Below, in pieces: positions 26,749-41,574 of a stretch of DNA of 64,000 nt (positions are counted from its first letter, which is position 1; the number at the start of each line of letters is the position of its first letter). Below the pieces are notes generated by a model. That model saw only the letters and a list, made by a program, of their open reading frames with translations. It was not told the origin of the DNA and ran no database searches. Position numbers and translations under genes: made by a program. Source of the DNA: Paraspadella gotoi (taxonomy: Eukaryota > Animalia > Chaetognatha); contig CM119263.1 in NCBI GenBank assembly GCA_051294375.1, forward strand, positions 25,249,605 through 25,313,604. Direction: 5' to 3'.

Positions 26749-27990
26749 GAGGAGAGAGAGATATGGGGGCGTAAGGGGGGGCATAAGGATTTTACGCGAT
26801 GAACGACCGCAAGGTTTAACTGGTTTCCGATTGTACGATTTCGCCAGTTTCAGGGTAAAAATCGGAGCGTATAACTGTCGATACAAATTAAGATCGGTCT
26901 TATAAAGAGGGGCCGGAACTTTCGGGGTCAGGGTAGAGACATTTTGGGACAAGGTCGCGTTCGATAAGGACCGCAGGGGAGAGTCACGTGTCCTTAATTC
27001 TATCGGTTTTACTTAATCATGGAATTCGATGGATAACACCTAAGATCATAATAATGTTCGGTTGTCAGCGATTCAAGCCTATGAAGAGGTTTATACAGAC
27101 AATCATGTAACATGGTTTTCAAACATTGAGTTTTTTCTGTCTACGAGATTCATTCTTATTTTAATTCAAAATCCTTTCCTCTGGAATGCTTAAAAGAGGC
27201 ACAACATTGTTTAATGTCCAGGAGGAAACGCGCTTTAATAAGTAAACCGAATTCTTTTCATTTTTGATCTGATCTTTATATCGGATTTAACTGATAAGTC
27301 TGAACGAGCGGCAGGTGCCGGTTTTAATCAACTGTTTTCGGATTCTGTTTTTCCGTTCCAAGTAATTTCGCCCCCAAAATCTTTTTTTTCTTCAAGTGTA
27401 CGTCCTTTGGAGTAAGACTAAATTACCAATGCAAGCCTTTTTAAAAAAAAACCCTTTGCTCTTGTTTACAACAATGTCTAATACAGATTATTTTGGTAAT
27501 TTCGACATCACTCGGGCGCGTTACGGCTTCATGCGTTACAGAGTGAAATATAAAAAAAGGAAAACCGAGTAGAATCTCCAAGACGATTACTTCTCTCAAT
27601 TTCTCCACGGACTTACCGATACGGTTGACCACACGTCTGCCCGATGGGCGGTTTTCTCTTGCGATTTAAAAGTTTGTTCACACATAAACGATGGATTTTG
27701 TTAAACCTGTTTTTTTTTAAGGTAAGTTCGTTCGATCACCGTCGCTTCCATCGTAGATGGAACCGATAAGTGATTTTTTCGTAATCGAGTTTCCCTCGAC
27801 GTCAGGTAACGTTAGGTAAGGGCGGTTTTGCGTCAAAAATTTCCTGCGCAAATCCACTGATAAACGGAACGAAAGAAAAAAAAGTGAGATATATCGAGAA
27901 TGAATCTTTTTTTTTTTTTCCTTTTTCTTCCGAGAGAGAAACAAAGAAAGTAGCCACACAGAGTAGAATATACAGAGAGACTGAGAGACG

Positions 27991-28049
<59 letters not shown>

Positions 28050-28053
28050 AGAG

Positions 28054-28084
<31 letters not shown>

Positions 28085-28215
28085 AGAGAAAGAGATGAGT
28101 GAAATCTTCGGTGTAGCGCACAGAGATTCGCGGAAGAAAACGGCAAAAAAATCGCAGGGGCGTGGGATGGGAGGTGAGTGTGTGATGGAGAGAAGAGAGA
28201 GAGAGAGACGGAGAG

Positions 28216-28257
<42 letters not shown>

Positions 28258-29211
28258 GAGAGATCCCTGATATTTGATTGACGATAGAATAAAACCTATT
28301 GATGAGCAGAAAGGAGAGAGCGAGAGAAAGAAAGAGAAAAACAGTGCAAAGAGGGAAGAGGATGATGATGAGGAGGAGGAGGCGAGGGAGGAGGAAGAAG
28401 AGAGGAGGGAGCGTGCTGCAGCGAAGAGGTGCATTGATTCGCAAAGGGAAGGGGGAGGAGAAGGAGGTTTTGAACTTGAAGAGAAAACTGAGGAAACAAG
28501 GCGCACCCTAGCATAAAAACGATCAGGACAGAGAAGAGAGGGAGAGATGAGAGAGAGAGAGAGAGAGAGGGCACATAGAGGAACGATTTTCGTTTGAATA
28601 AGGAAATTCCGAAGACAATTTTTTAGGGGAAATCTTTCCGAGCCAACGACGATGACGACGATGACGGACGATGACGACGATGACGACGACCAAGAGCCGG
28701 TTTTTTTGTCCGCCGGTTCAAGGATCTTCTCGTTGCCTGTTTTTTCTGGAAGATTTAATCTCGCAGAGTGCCTAGTTGTTTGTCAACACAGTTGGTTGTT
28801 GTTTGCAGTTGGCAAATTCAATCGGAAAGACTTGAAGAGCGCAAGTTTGCCGAAAAGAAAAATAAAATTCAATTTTTAAACCGCTTTATTGTAGTAGTTA
28901 GTTTTTAGTTAAATTGCTAATCTTTACGATGTTGGAAAATCTGACAAGCGAGAAAGATTTATCGAAGTTATAAAAAAATTGGGAAACTGATTAACATAAA
29001 ACTTACAAATCAATTTTACTATTCAGCATTCATGTTAATTTTATAATTTAAATTTGGTATATGTAGATTCTAAGAGCACAATAGTAGGGGAATTGTAGTA
29101 GCGATTCTAGCATTTGTAGTGAGTTTTGTGATGCGAAAGGCAATTCGGGGGGAAGCTTTGTTTTGATCTAAAAGTCGAAGGCTTTTCGATTATCGAGGGT
29201 GAATACCCGTT

Positions 29212-29242
<31 letters not shown>

Positions 29243-31016
29243 CGTTGTTATTCTTGTCATTCTTGGAGTCGAAAATACTGCGCTCTGCTATCCGCCGATA
29301 TGCTGCGGACCAATGCCGCGCCGGTGCTGCAGCCTTGTCAATTTTGCTGATTACTGTTTTTGACGTCGCTGCCCGACTGCCGCGCCGCGGCCTGCCCGGA
29401 CAGGCTCCCGCCTATGGTCGGATATCTTTTTTTTTTGTTGGGTCGTGTTTTAAATAATTTCTTTTTTTTTTGTTTTTTGTTGGTTTTGTTTTCGTTTAGA
29501 ATGCGCGTTGCTCTTGTTTCATTTTCAGTCATGTTCTTTTCGTTTTTTATATCTTGCCAACAAAAAAAAAATATTTTAATCACATCCGTCTTTCTTTCCT
29601 CTCTTTTCGTCTTCGTTTAAATAAAATTCTTTTTTCTTTTTTATTTCTTTTCTTTTTTTTATTTCGTTTTTTTTTTTTCGGATTTCTTCATCGATTTTCT
29701 GGTCGTTTTTCGACTTTATAAATAAAAGTGAGTCACATCCGAAAAAAAAAAGGAAATAATCGACTTCGTTTCTAACGAAATTAATCGGGAATGAAAAAAA
29801 ACTCGATTTCATCCCTAAAAAATAATAAAAAAATGCAAAATTTCGACTTATTTTCTGAATTCATCAAAGGATCTCTGTGTGTCTATGGTGTGTGTAGTGT
29901 GTGACTGTGGCACCCGGCCTTCATTTTTTCTCTTCTCTTTTTTTTTTCTTTTTTTTTATATGTTTTTTTTTTTTCCTTTTTTTTGCTTTTTTTTTTTTTT
30001 TCTCGTCTCGTTGTTTCCACTCCTTTGATTTTCTCAGTCGTCTTTCGTCTCTCCTGCTCTGTTTTCCTGCTGGCCAAGCTTTCTTTTCAATTTTTCTTGT
30101 CATTTTCTTTTTTTCTGGGGGAAGTCTTTTCTTTTTTTTCTCCTTCTATTTTTTTTTTTTTTTGTTTTTTTTTGCGTTTATTTTCCTGATGACTCCGCGC
30201 CCGCGAGGTTTCTGAAGCCAAGTTGCTGTCCAAAGTCGAGAATAATTGACTTGTGTTTCGTTGGATTGATGACGTGGTAGTTTGCTTTCTTATTAAGTTA
30301 ACCAGATTAACAAGAGAATTTCAGAAAAGAAAAAAAGAAGATAGAGTATTCGCGTGAGAGATAAATCAGAACGCGCAAGATGAGATAAATCAAACTGAAA
30401 ATGTTGTACTTCGTTTTGTGTTCGGAAATCCTTTTAGATGTTTTTTTGTTTTGCTTTATGCGGAAGTTGAGAATATGAGAATAGATCAGGTTTGCGTTGG
30501 CAGAGGGAGAAGGTTGCTGTGGCAGAAAGGCCACGCGATTGAATTTTTTTTAAAATTTAGTTGTTGTAATGTTTCACAATGTAGCTTTCCTGTCAGGTGT
30601 GACTTTTTTTTTTCTGCGTTATCTTTCTGCTATATGTGTGTGCAGATCCAGACGCTCGTTATAAAATATCGTTTCGTTCGTGGATTTGTGGATCGTTTTC
30701 TCGACATAATCATGAAATATGCCGTCCTTTTATGAGCAATGGAGACAATATTATCGTTATTAGTTTGTCTTCTTTTCTTAAGTTGAAGTGTTGTTGAAAG
30801 GCATTCTCTATTTTACTTTCTGGAACGAATAACATTAAAAAACATTGGTCGATTCACTTTTTTGCGTCTCCCATAGAGAAACAAATTTCTGGGTCAACGT
30901 TTTCCCGCGCGTTGTCCAGACTCAAGTGCGCATTCAAGACGGTACGCGCGCCAGTCCCGTGTCCAGTTTCCAGCCAGTTTAAACCCCGACCNNNNNNNNN
31001 NNNNNNNNNNNNNNNN

Positions 31017-32142
31017 GAAAACACAAAAGATAAAATATTCAAATTAACGTGGATCTAAAACAAGCTGCGTGATAAAGAATGGTTGACGGTTGTATTATCA
31101 TTTGATCGATTTCCGTCTCGAATCTGACGACCGAACCCCGAAAAAAAANNNNNNNNNNNNNNNNNNNNNNNNNNNNNNNNNNNNNNNNNNNNNNNNNNNN
31201 NNNNNNNNNNNNNNNNNNNNNNNNNNNNNNNNNNNNNNNNNNNNNNNNNNNNNNNNNNNNNNNNNNNNNNNNNNNNNNNNNNNNNNNNNNNNNNNNNNNN
31301 NNNNNNNNNNNNNNNNNNNNNNNNNNNNNNNNNNNNNNNNNNNNNNNNNNNNNNNNNNNNNNNNNNNNNNNNNNNNNNNNNNNNNNNNNNNNNNNNNNNN
31401 NNNNNNNNNNNNNNNTAAGGGATTTTACGATGAACGACCGAAGGTTAACTGGTTTCCGATTTACGATTTCGCCAGTTTCAGGGTAAAAATCGGAGCCGTA
31501 TAACTGTCGATACAATTAAGATCCGCGTCTTATAAAAAGGGGCCGGAACTTTCGGGGTCAGGGTAGAGACATTTTGGGACAAGGTCGCGTTCGATAAGAC
31601 CGCAGGGGAGAGTCACGTGTCCTTAATCTATCGGTTTTACTTAATCAATGGAATTCGATGGATAACACCTAAGATCATAATAATGTTCGGTTGGTCAGCG
31701 ATTCAAGCCTATGAAGAGGTTTATACTATGACAACATGTAAACATGGTTTTCAAACATTGAAGTTTTTTTCTGTCACGAGATTCATTCTTTATTTAATTC
31801 AAAATCCTTTCCTCTGGAATGCTTAAAAGAGGCACAACATTGTTTAATGTCCAGGAGGAAACGACCTTTAATAAAGTAAAACCCGAATTCTTCTCATTTT
31901 TGATCTGATCTTTATAATTCGGATTTAACTGATAAGTCTGAAGAGCGCAGGTGCCGGTTTTAATCAACTGTTTCGATTCTGTTTTTCCGTTCCAAGTAAT
32001 TTTCCCCCAAATCTTTTTTTCTTCAAGTGTAACAGTCTTTGGAGTAAGACTAAATTACCAATGCAAGCCTTTTCTAAAAAAAAAACCCTTTGCTCTTGTT
32101 TACAAACAAATGTCAATACAGATTATTTTGGTAATTTCCGAC
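31017..32142 (+). repeat. Direct near-identical copy of 26476-27506, bounded by two 25-N gaps (probable assembly redundancy)
   Basis: Both ends match (GAAACACAAAAGATAAAATATT ... ATTATTTTGGTAATTTCGAC); differences are 1-bp indels. Confidence 0.85.
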
Positions 32143-32167
32143 NNNNNNNNNNNNNNNNNNNNNNNNN

Positions 32168-33547
32168 AAGAAATTATTAAAACACGACCGCAAAAAAAAA
32201 AAGATATCGGACGCTAGGCGGGAGCTGTTCGGTCAGGCAGCGGCGGGCAGTCGGGCCAGCGGCAAGCGCGTACGTCAAAAACAGATAATCAGCAAAATTG
32301 ACAAGGCTGCAGCGCACCGGCGGGCGGCATTGGTCGCAGCATCGGATAGCAGAGGCAGTATTTTCGACTCCAAGAATGACAAGAATAACAACGACAACAA
32401 CAACAACAACAAACGGGTATTCACCCTCGATAATCGAAAAGCTTCGACTTTTAGACAACAAACGAATTGCTTTTCGATCACAAACTCACTACAAATGCGT
32501 AGAGATCGCTATACTAAATTCCCGCTCCTATATCTGCTCTTAGAATCTACAATATACCAAATTTTAATTATAAATTACATGAATGCTGAATAGTAAAATT
32601 GATTTGATAAGTTTTTTATGTTTATAAAGTTTCCCAATTTTTTATAAACTTCGATAAATCTTTCGCTTGTCAGATTTCGCAACATCGGTAAAGATTAGGC
32701 AATTTAACTAAAAACTAACTACTACAAATAAGCGGTTTAAAAATTGAATTTTTTTTTATTTTTCGAACAAACTTGCGCTCTTCAAGTCTTTCCGATTGAA
32801 TTTGCCAACTACAACAACAACCAACTGTGTTGACAAACAACTAGGGACTCTGCGAGATTAAATCTTCCAGAAAACAGGGCAAACGAGAAGATCCTTGAAC
32901 CGGTGCAAAAAAAACCGGCTTTGGTCGTCGTCATCGTCGTCATCGTACGTCATCGTCGTTGTGCCGTGATATAGATCTCTCTAAAAAAATTGTTCTCGAA
33001 TTTCCTTATCAAACGAGAAATCGTTCTTCTATGTGCTCTCTCTCTCTCTCTTCTCTCTCCCTCTCTCTCTCTCTGAGTTGTTTTATGCTAGGTGCCTTGT
33101 TTTCCTCAGTTCTCTTCAAGTTCAAACTCCTTCTCCTCGCCCTTTTCCCCTTTGCGAATCAAGTGCACCTCCTCCTCAGCACACGGCTCCCTCCTCTCTT
33201 CTCTTCCTCCCTCCCTCGCCTCCTCCTCCTCATCATCATCCTCTTCCTCCTTTGCACTGTTTTTCTCTTTCTCTCTCTCTCTCTCTTACTGCTGCCAAAG
33301 TGGTTATCTATCTCAATCAAAATATAGGATTCTCTCGATCGTGCATCTCTCATCTCTCTCTCTCTCGTCTCTCTCTCTCTCTCTCTCTCTCCTCGTCTCT
33401 CTCTCTCTCGTCTCTGCTCTCTCTGCTCTCTCTCAACACACACACTCACTCCCACCACAGCCCCTGGATTTTTTTGCCGTTTTCTTCGCGAATCTCTTGT
33501 GGCTACAACGAAGGATCGTTCACTCATGCTTTGCTCATCTCAGTCTA

Positions 33548-33578
<31 letters not shown>

Positions 33579-35759
33579 CTTGCTCTGCTCCTCTTCTCTC
33601 TCTCTCTCTCTCTCTCATCTCTCGTCTCATCTCTGTCTCTCTCTCTCTCTCTCTTCTCTCTCTCTTCTCTCTCTCTGTATATTCTATCGTGTGGCTACTT
33701 TCTTTGTTTCTCTCTCGGAAGAAAAAGGGAAAAAAAAAAAAGATTCATTCTCGATATATCTCACTTTTTTTTCTTTCGTTGCCGTTTATATTTCAGTGGA
33801 TTTTTGCAGCAGGAAATTTTGACCGGCAAAACGCGCTTACCTGAACTTACCTGAACGTCGACCGGAGAAACTCGATTTGACGAAAAAATAAATCCTGCAA
33901 TTAATCGGTTTCCGATCTACGATAGGGAAAGCGAAACGGGTGATCAACGAAGACGTTTACCGTTGAAAGAAATTTAAAAAAAACACTTACCAATCCATCG
34001 TTGTATGTGGTGAAACTTTTAAATCGCAGAGGAGAGAAACCGCCATCATGGGGCAGCGTGGTGGTCAACCGAGTATCCGGGTAAGTCGTGGAGAAATTCG
34101 AGAGAAGTTAATCGTCTTGGAATTCCTTCGGTTTTCTTCCTTTTTTTATATTACCACTCTGTTGTAAAACGATGAAGCGTAACGACGGCCCGATGTGGCG
34201 ACATGTCGAAATTCAAAAATAATGCGTAGTTGACATTTGTTTGTAAACAGAGAGCAAAGGGGTTTTTTTATTTTATTTAGAAAAGGCTTGCATTGGTAAT
34301 TTAATTTAGTCTTACTCCCAAGAACTTACACACGAAGAGACCTCCAAAGATTTTGGGGGGAAAATTATTGGAAGAAAAAAACATGACATCGAGAAAACAG
34401 TTGCTGATTAAAACCGGGCACGCTGCGCTTCTTCTGAGCTCAGACTTATCAGTTAAATTATCCGAATTATAAAGATCAGATCAAAAATGAGAAGAATTCG
34501 GGTTTTACTTTATTGAAAGGTCGTGTTTCCTCCTGGACATTAAACAATTGTACATGTGCCTCTTTTAAGCATTCCAGAGGAAAAGGATTTTGAAATTAAA
34601 TTAAAGAATGAATCTCCGATGACAAGAAAAAAAACTTCAATGTTGAAAAAACCATTTACCATGTGTCATAGTATAGAACATCTTCCATAGGCTTGAATAC
34701 GGCTGGACGCAACGCGAACAATTATTATGATCTTAGGTGTTATCCATCGAAGTTCTCTATTGATAATAAAGTAAAAACCGGATAGATTAAGGACACGTGA
34801 CCTCCCCTGCGTCTTCCTCGAAACGCAGACCTGGTCCCAAAAATGTCTCTACCTGACACCGAAAGTTCCGGCCCCTTTTTATAAGAACGCGATCTTAATT
34901 GTTATCGACAGCTTATACGGCTCCGGAATTTTTACCCGTGAAACTGGCGAAATCGTAAATCGGAAAACCAGTTAACCTTCGGTAAGTCGTTCATCGTAAA
35001 ATTCTTATCGCCCCCCCCTACGCCCGCCATATCTCTTCTTCTTCTCTCTGCTACTCTCGTTCTCTCGTCTCTCTCTCTCGTCTCCTCTCTCTCTCTTCTC
35101 TCTTCTCTCTGGTCACAGAAAAAAGAAAACTGACTCTGTTTACGCGATTCCTGCCCTGCGCAACGGTCCTTACCGGCCGAGCGAATGTCCGGCCCAATCG
35201 CCGAACCTTTGTGGCCGTCCTTTCCCTTTTTTTTTCGGGTTTCGTCGGTCAGATTCGAGACGGAAATCGAATCCAAATAAGATATACATACAACCGTCAA
35301 CCATAATCTTTATCACGCGAGCCTTGTTTTTAGATCCACGTTTAATTTGGAATATTTTAATCTTTTTGTGTTTTTGCCACCTTCCGCTCTCCTCTCTCGT
35401 CTCTTCTCCTCTCTCTCTCTCTCTCTCCTCTCTCTTCTGCCTTGCTCGTCTCTCTCTCTCTCTACTCCTCTCTCGTCTCCTCCTTCTCTGCTTCTTCTTG
35501 TCTTTCGCTCTTTTTGCCTCAAAATTTTGTCGGAGTTTTTTTCTCGGGTATTTTTTTCTTTCTCTTTGCGTTTGGCATTTGATACCTTTGAGTTTTTTAT
35601 CTTAAATTGAAAGCTTGCATCTTCAAACTCTTTACCAAAAAAAAAAAATAATTTTTTCCTTGGTGATTATTTTTTTTCTCTAAATTTTTTTGTTAACTTT
35701 TACAATTATGCATTTTTTCTCTTCTCTCTCTCTCTCTCTTCCTCTCTCAGTCTCTCTCA

Positions 35760-35801
<42 letters not shown>

Positions 35802-35941
35802 CTCACTGCCGGCCAAACCTTCGATTATGCCTTAAATTTAAAACGGGGATTTGTTCTCGAGGTCGACTTTTTCCCTCGTATTTCGAAGTCTATGATCTCG
35901 ATTTTAGTTGGTTTTTCGAAGAAAAGCTTTACAAACACGAA

Positions 35942-35989
<48 letters not shown>

Positions 35990-35999
35990 AAGAGAGAGG
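32168..35999 (-). repeat. Noisy inverted copy of ~25950-29463
   Basis: Starts AAGAAATTATTAAAACACGAC (reverse complement of ~29443-29463) and ends with AAAGCTT-TACAAACACG (reverse complement of ~26010-26027); many indels. Confidence 0.85.
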
Positions 36000-37380
36000 A
36001 GGTTTTTTTTTGTTTTTTGTTTGTTTTTCGTTTAGAATCGCGTTGTCTTGTTTCATTTTCAGTCATGTTCTTTTCGTTTTTATATTTGCCAACAAAAAAA
36101 AAATACTTTAAATCCACATCCGTCTTTCTTTCTCTTTCGTCTTCGTTTAAAATAAAATTCTTTTTTCTTTTTTATTTCTTTTCTTTTTTTTTATTTCGTT
36201 TTTTTTTTCGGATTTCTTCATCGATTTTTCTCGTTTTTCGACTTTAAAATAAAAGTGAGTCACATCCGAAAAAAAAAGGAAAAATCGACTTCGTTTCTAA
36301 CGAAATTAATTCGGGAATGAAAAAAAACTCGATTTCATCCCTAAAAAATAATAAAAAATGCAAAATTTCGACTTATTTTCTGAATTCATCAAAGGATCTC
36401 TGTGTGTCTATGTGTGTGTATGTGTGACTGTGGCACCCGGCCTTCATTTTTTTTCTCTTCTCTTTTTTTTTATATGTTTTTTTTTTTTTTGTTTCCCTCC
36501 ACTTTAATTTTTTTTCTCTCTCTCTCTCTCTCTCTCTCTGTTTTTCCTGCTTCGTGGCCAAGCCTTTCTTTCATTTTTCTTTCTTTTTGGGGGGAAGTTT
36601 TACTTTTTTTTCCCAAAATTCTTTTTCTCCTTTCTATTTTTTTTTTCGTTTATTTTTCTGATCCTTCCGCCCGAGGTTTCAAGCAAGTTGCTCTCAAAAT
36701 CGAGATAATTCTTTTTTCCTTTTTCTTTTTTTTTTTAAGTTAACCGATTAAAAGAGAATTTTCAAAAAGAAAAAAAAGAAAGAAGAGTATTCGCTGAGAG
36801 ATAAATCAAGACGCGCAAATGATAAATCAAAACTGAAAATGTTGTATTCGGTTTTTGTTTCGGAAATCCTTTTATGTTTTTTTTTTGTTCTTTTATCGAA
36901 GTTAAAATCGAATAATCAGGTTGCGTTGCAAGGGAAAGGTTGCTGTGCAGAAAGCCACGCATTGAATTTTTTTAAAATTTATTGTTTATGTTTCAATGCT
37001 GCTTTCCTGTCAGGTTGACTTTTTTTTTCTCTTTCTTCTGCTTATATGTGTGTCAGTCCAACGTCGTTAAAAAATATCGTTTCTTCGTGATTTGTGGATC
37101 GTTTTCTCGACATATCAATGATATCCGGTCCTTTTATACAATGGAGACAAATATTATCGTTATTAGTTATCTTCTTTTTCTTAAATGGAAGCGTTGTTGA
37201 ACATTCTCATTTTACTTCTGTGAACAATAAACATTAAAAAACGATGTGATTCACTTTTTTCGTCTCCCATAGAGAAAACAATTTCTGGGATCAACTTTTC
37301 CCGCGTTCCAGACTCAAGTGCCATTACAGACGGTCGCGCGCATCCCGTGTCCAGTTTCCAGCCAGTTTAAACCCCCGACC
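36000..37380 (+). repeat. Noisy direct copy of 29464-30991
   Basis: TTTCGTTTAGAAT... through ...CCAGCCAGTTTAAACCCCGAC match in order. Confidence 0.85.
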
Positions 37381-38031
37381 CCACGCGGCGCTAAACCGGT
37401 TTCCAACCAAACACATTTTTCGGACGGGTTCTTCCTTGTGGTCGGTGTTTCTCGCTGTGTCTCTCTGCTGTGCTTTTCTTTTTTTTTTTTTTAGCGTACT
37501 GACTTCTGGACGTCAAGATTATGAGTCAAAAACTAGAAAACGGAACTTTCAAATTTTAGAAAAATACTCCCGCTTACATTACGTAAACACTAAGCAGTCT
37601 TACTTAGAAAGATTCGATTCAATAGGGTCTAATAAATTAAGCCCTTAAAGCCTTTAAGGTAATTAACCGTCTCTAATAAATGAAGTAATCTTTTATGACC
37701 GAATGTCCAAACGTGACAAAAAAATAATTTATACTTTCAATTAGTCATCGTTTGTCTCGTTCTGAGAACCCCGAGGTAAAAAAAGTGTTTGATTGTATCC
37801 TGTTTTTAGATGTAAGTTGGTTTATTGAGATTTGTATCGATTTAGGAATCGCGGATGTATTCTTCTCACGATCGGCTCGATTCAAATCGCCGATCGTTCA
37901 TTCCAATTCAAACTTTTCTCTTAATTGAAAAATAAAACTTGATTTTTTTTTTCGTCTGATAGTTTCTCCGCTTTATTTTTTCTTTGGTTCAATTTTTTTT
38001 TCATCTTTAGTTTCGTGCGTCGTAAGAATGT

Positions 38032-38109
<78 letters not shown>

Positions 38110-38126
38110 GAAAAAAAAAGGAAAAA

Positions 38127-38521
38127 AAAGGGAAAAAAATTCATCGTTTTTCTGTCTCCTCCATTCTCTTTTCTTTTCCAAATTCAATTTTTTTTTAAAT
38201 TACCTTTCTGGTCCGCATATTTTTTTCTGTTTTGTCTTTCCTTCTTTTTTTATTTCTTTTTTTCTCTTTTTTCTTTTTTTTTCTTTTTTTTATCCTTTTT
38301 TTTTTCTAGATCCAATTTTTTCCTGACGAATAAACTCGAAACTCGAAGAAACCAGTTGATCTTGGACACGAATTAGACGAAGAGAAAGGGCGGATGCTCT
38401 TCACGAACGGAAAGAAAGAAAGAAAGAAAGAAAAGAAAGAAAGAAAAAAGAAAGAAAGAAAGGAAAGAAAGAAAGAAAGAAAGAAGAAAGAAAGAAAGAA
38501 AGAAAAAAAAGATAGATAGAT

Positions 38522-38579
<58 letters not shown>

Positions 38580-39646
38580 TAGATAATAGATGATAGCAAC
38601 ACGGGAGAGAGAAAGATAAAAAGGAGGCTTTAGGGAAAAAAAAAATCCCGAAGCTGATCGAGTTGAAAAATCCCCGAAATGACGACGACGACGACGACGA
38701 CGACGACAAAGACGACGGCGAAGACGATGACGACGAATCAATGTTGGCAAACCTCTTTCGGCGCGACCAAGATGACGACTAAAACGACGACGAAGACGAA
38801 TGCGACTTGGCCAAACGAGCAAAAACGAGTCCAACGTATCGTCGAAGACCCGCGCCTCGGAGGTGGTCCCCGACTCTGTCCCCGATGACTCATGCCAATG
38901 TAAAAAATTCCACGGAGGGAAGGAAAGTCATCGAGAGACCAAAGACATCGAGGAATTAAAGTAAATCATGAAGAGAAAATATATTGATCGCCATCTGCTA
39001 TGATGAGGGATTCATCTCAAAAATCTAACAAGCGAATTACGGTAAAATCTGTACTTTTGGAAGAGAGGAGTTTTTTAAAATTTATCAACTTATCACATAT
39101 CAGCGAAGTCATAAAAAAAACCAGAAAATTATAACGAATAAATTATTAATGATCAGAGTGTTTAGCTAAATAAGGCGTGAAACACGGAAAATAATGTTAT
39201 ATATGATGTCATGGTATTATGACTTATCAAAATTAATCTAAAAAAGACCTCAAAAATATTGCGATCGAAATAGAAGCTAAGTATATTAGAAACGTTTCAG
39301 ACGGACGAACAAGAAATACTATTTTAATCCGANNNNNNNNNNNNNNNNNNNNNNNNNAAAGGGAAAAAAATTCATCGTTTTTCTGTCTCCTCCATTCTCT
39401 TTTCTTTTCCAAATTCAATTTTTTTTTAAATTAACCTTTCTGGTCCGCATATTTTTTCTGTTTTGTCTTCTCCTTTCTTTTTTTATTTCTTTTTTTTTCT
39501 CTTTTTTTCTTTTTTTCTTTTTATTTATCCTTTTTTTTTCTAGATCCCAATTTTTTTTCCTGACGATAAACTCGAAACTCGAAGAAACCAGTTGATCCTT
39601 GGACCGATTAGACGAAGAGAAAAAGGGCGATGCTCTCACGAACGGA

Positions 39647-39681
<35 letters not shown>

Positions 39682-39740
39682 GAAAGAAAGAAAGAAAGAA
39701 AGAAGAAAGAAAGAAAGAAAGAAAAAAAAGATAGATAGAT

Positions 39741-39803
<63 letters not shown>

Positions 39804-40545
39804 CAACAACGGGAGAGAGAAAGATAAAAAGGAGGCTTTAGGGAAAAAAAAATCCCGAAGCTGATCGAGTTGAAAAATCCCCGAAATGACGACGACGACG
39901 ACGACGACGACAAAGACGACGGCGAAGACGATGACGACGAAATCAATGTTGGCAAACCTCTTTCGGCGACGACCAAGATGACGACTAAAACGACGACGAA
40001 GACGAATTGCGACTTGGCCAAACGAGCAGAAACGAGTCCAACGTATCGTCGAAGACCCGCGCCTCGGCAGGTGGTCCCCGACTCTGTCCCCCGATGACTC
40101 ATGCCAATGTAAAAAATTCCACGGAGGGAAGAAAGTCATCGAGAGACAGAGACATCGAGGATTAAAGAAATCAATGAAGAGAAAAAGATATTGATCGCCA
40201 TCTGCTATGATGAGGGATTCATCTCAAAAATCTACAAGCGAATTACGGTAAAAATCTGTACTTTTGGAAGAAAGAGTTTTTAAAATTTATCAACTTATCA
40301 CATAATCAGCGAAGTCATAAAAAAAAAAACAGAAAATTATAACGAAATTAAATTATTAATGATCAGAGTGTTAGCTAAATAAGCGTGAAACACGGAAAAT
40401 AATGTTATAATATGATGTCATGATATTATGACATATCAAAATTAATCTTAAAAAAGACCTCAAAAATATTGCGATCGAAATAGAGAGCGAAATATATTAG
40501 AAACGTTACAGACGGACGAACAAAGAAATACTATTTTAAATCCGA
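38127..40545 (+). repeat. Tandem ~1.2-kb duplication (38127-39332 / 39358-40545) across a 25-N gap; contains compound (AAAG)n(AGAT)n and (GAC)n repeats
   Basis: Both copies start AAAGGGAAAAAAATTCATCG and end ATTTTAA(A)TCCGA. Confidence 0.88.
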
Positions 40546-41541
40546 TCGAGAGCGTGACTGCTCTCTCTCTATTCTCTCTCCTTTTCTTCGGGATTCTCGT
40601 TACTTCTCTCATCGTTCTCTCTCGTCACTCTCATCTATTCTCCCAGAATTCCCGTTTTTTCTCGTCCTATTTTTTGTCTTCATTTTTGTTCTTTCTCTCG
40701 GATGTGATGGGCGTGTCTCTTATCCTCCTCCTGCCTCACATCTGGTCCCTCTGCCTTCTAAGTCTCTCTCTTTTCTCTTCGTTCTCTTGCTCTCTTTCTC
40801 TCGTTCATCTCTCTTCTCTCCTTTTCACTCTTTCAGTTTCTTCATGATGCGACTTCTCTCTCCTCTCGTTCTCTCAACCCACTACAGGGTTATCCATAAC
40901 AGATCCTCGGCGGCTAACACGTCTTACTTTCTCATAGTCATCAATCATGATCATATCTGTGGCATCATCATGATTCTCAGACAATTTTTTTTTTCAGGCT
41001 TCTTCCTCTTCTCCCAAGTTTACACAAACACTGGCAATAGCACACAATAAATAGCAGGGTGGCGCTAACGAAAGAAAAAAAAACGCGCCATAAAAACACT
41101 TGGCAACCCTACAAATAATATAAGGAGAAAAATAAAAAGGACAAATAAACTTGTACGCTTCACAGCCAGTAACGAAAGAGAGGTTCATTTATAGCTTAAC
41201 TTCGCCCATAATTCAATCTTAACTGGCGACGCATTACAGGGCTCTGCGCGCATCGAACGGCAGGAGCAGCGACGCTTTACTCACAAACNNNNNNNNNNNN
41301 NNNNNNNNNNNNNCATGCTGATCGATTTATGTAATAAACAAACCCTCGCCATCTCTTTCATCCTCCTCCTCCTCCTCCTCCTCAGATTATCATCGAATTT
41401 TACTCTCGAATCGAAAAGGGATTCGTGATTATGCATAAACGATGACAACGATAACGACGACGATCAAACGACAACCACAACAACAACCCACTACTGTTAC
41501 GGGAATATTTTTCCTTTGTTCGATCGGATTAATGAAAACAA

Positions 41542-41574
<33 letters not shown>

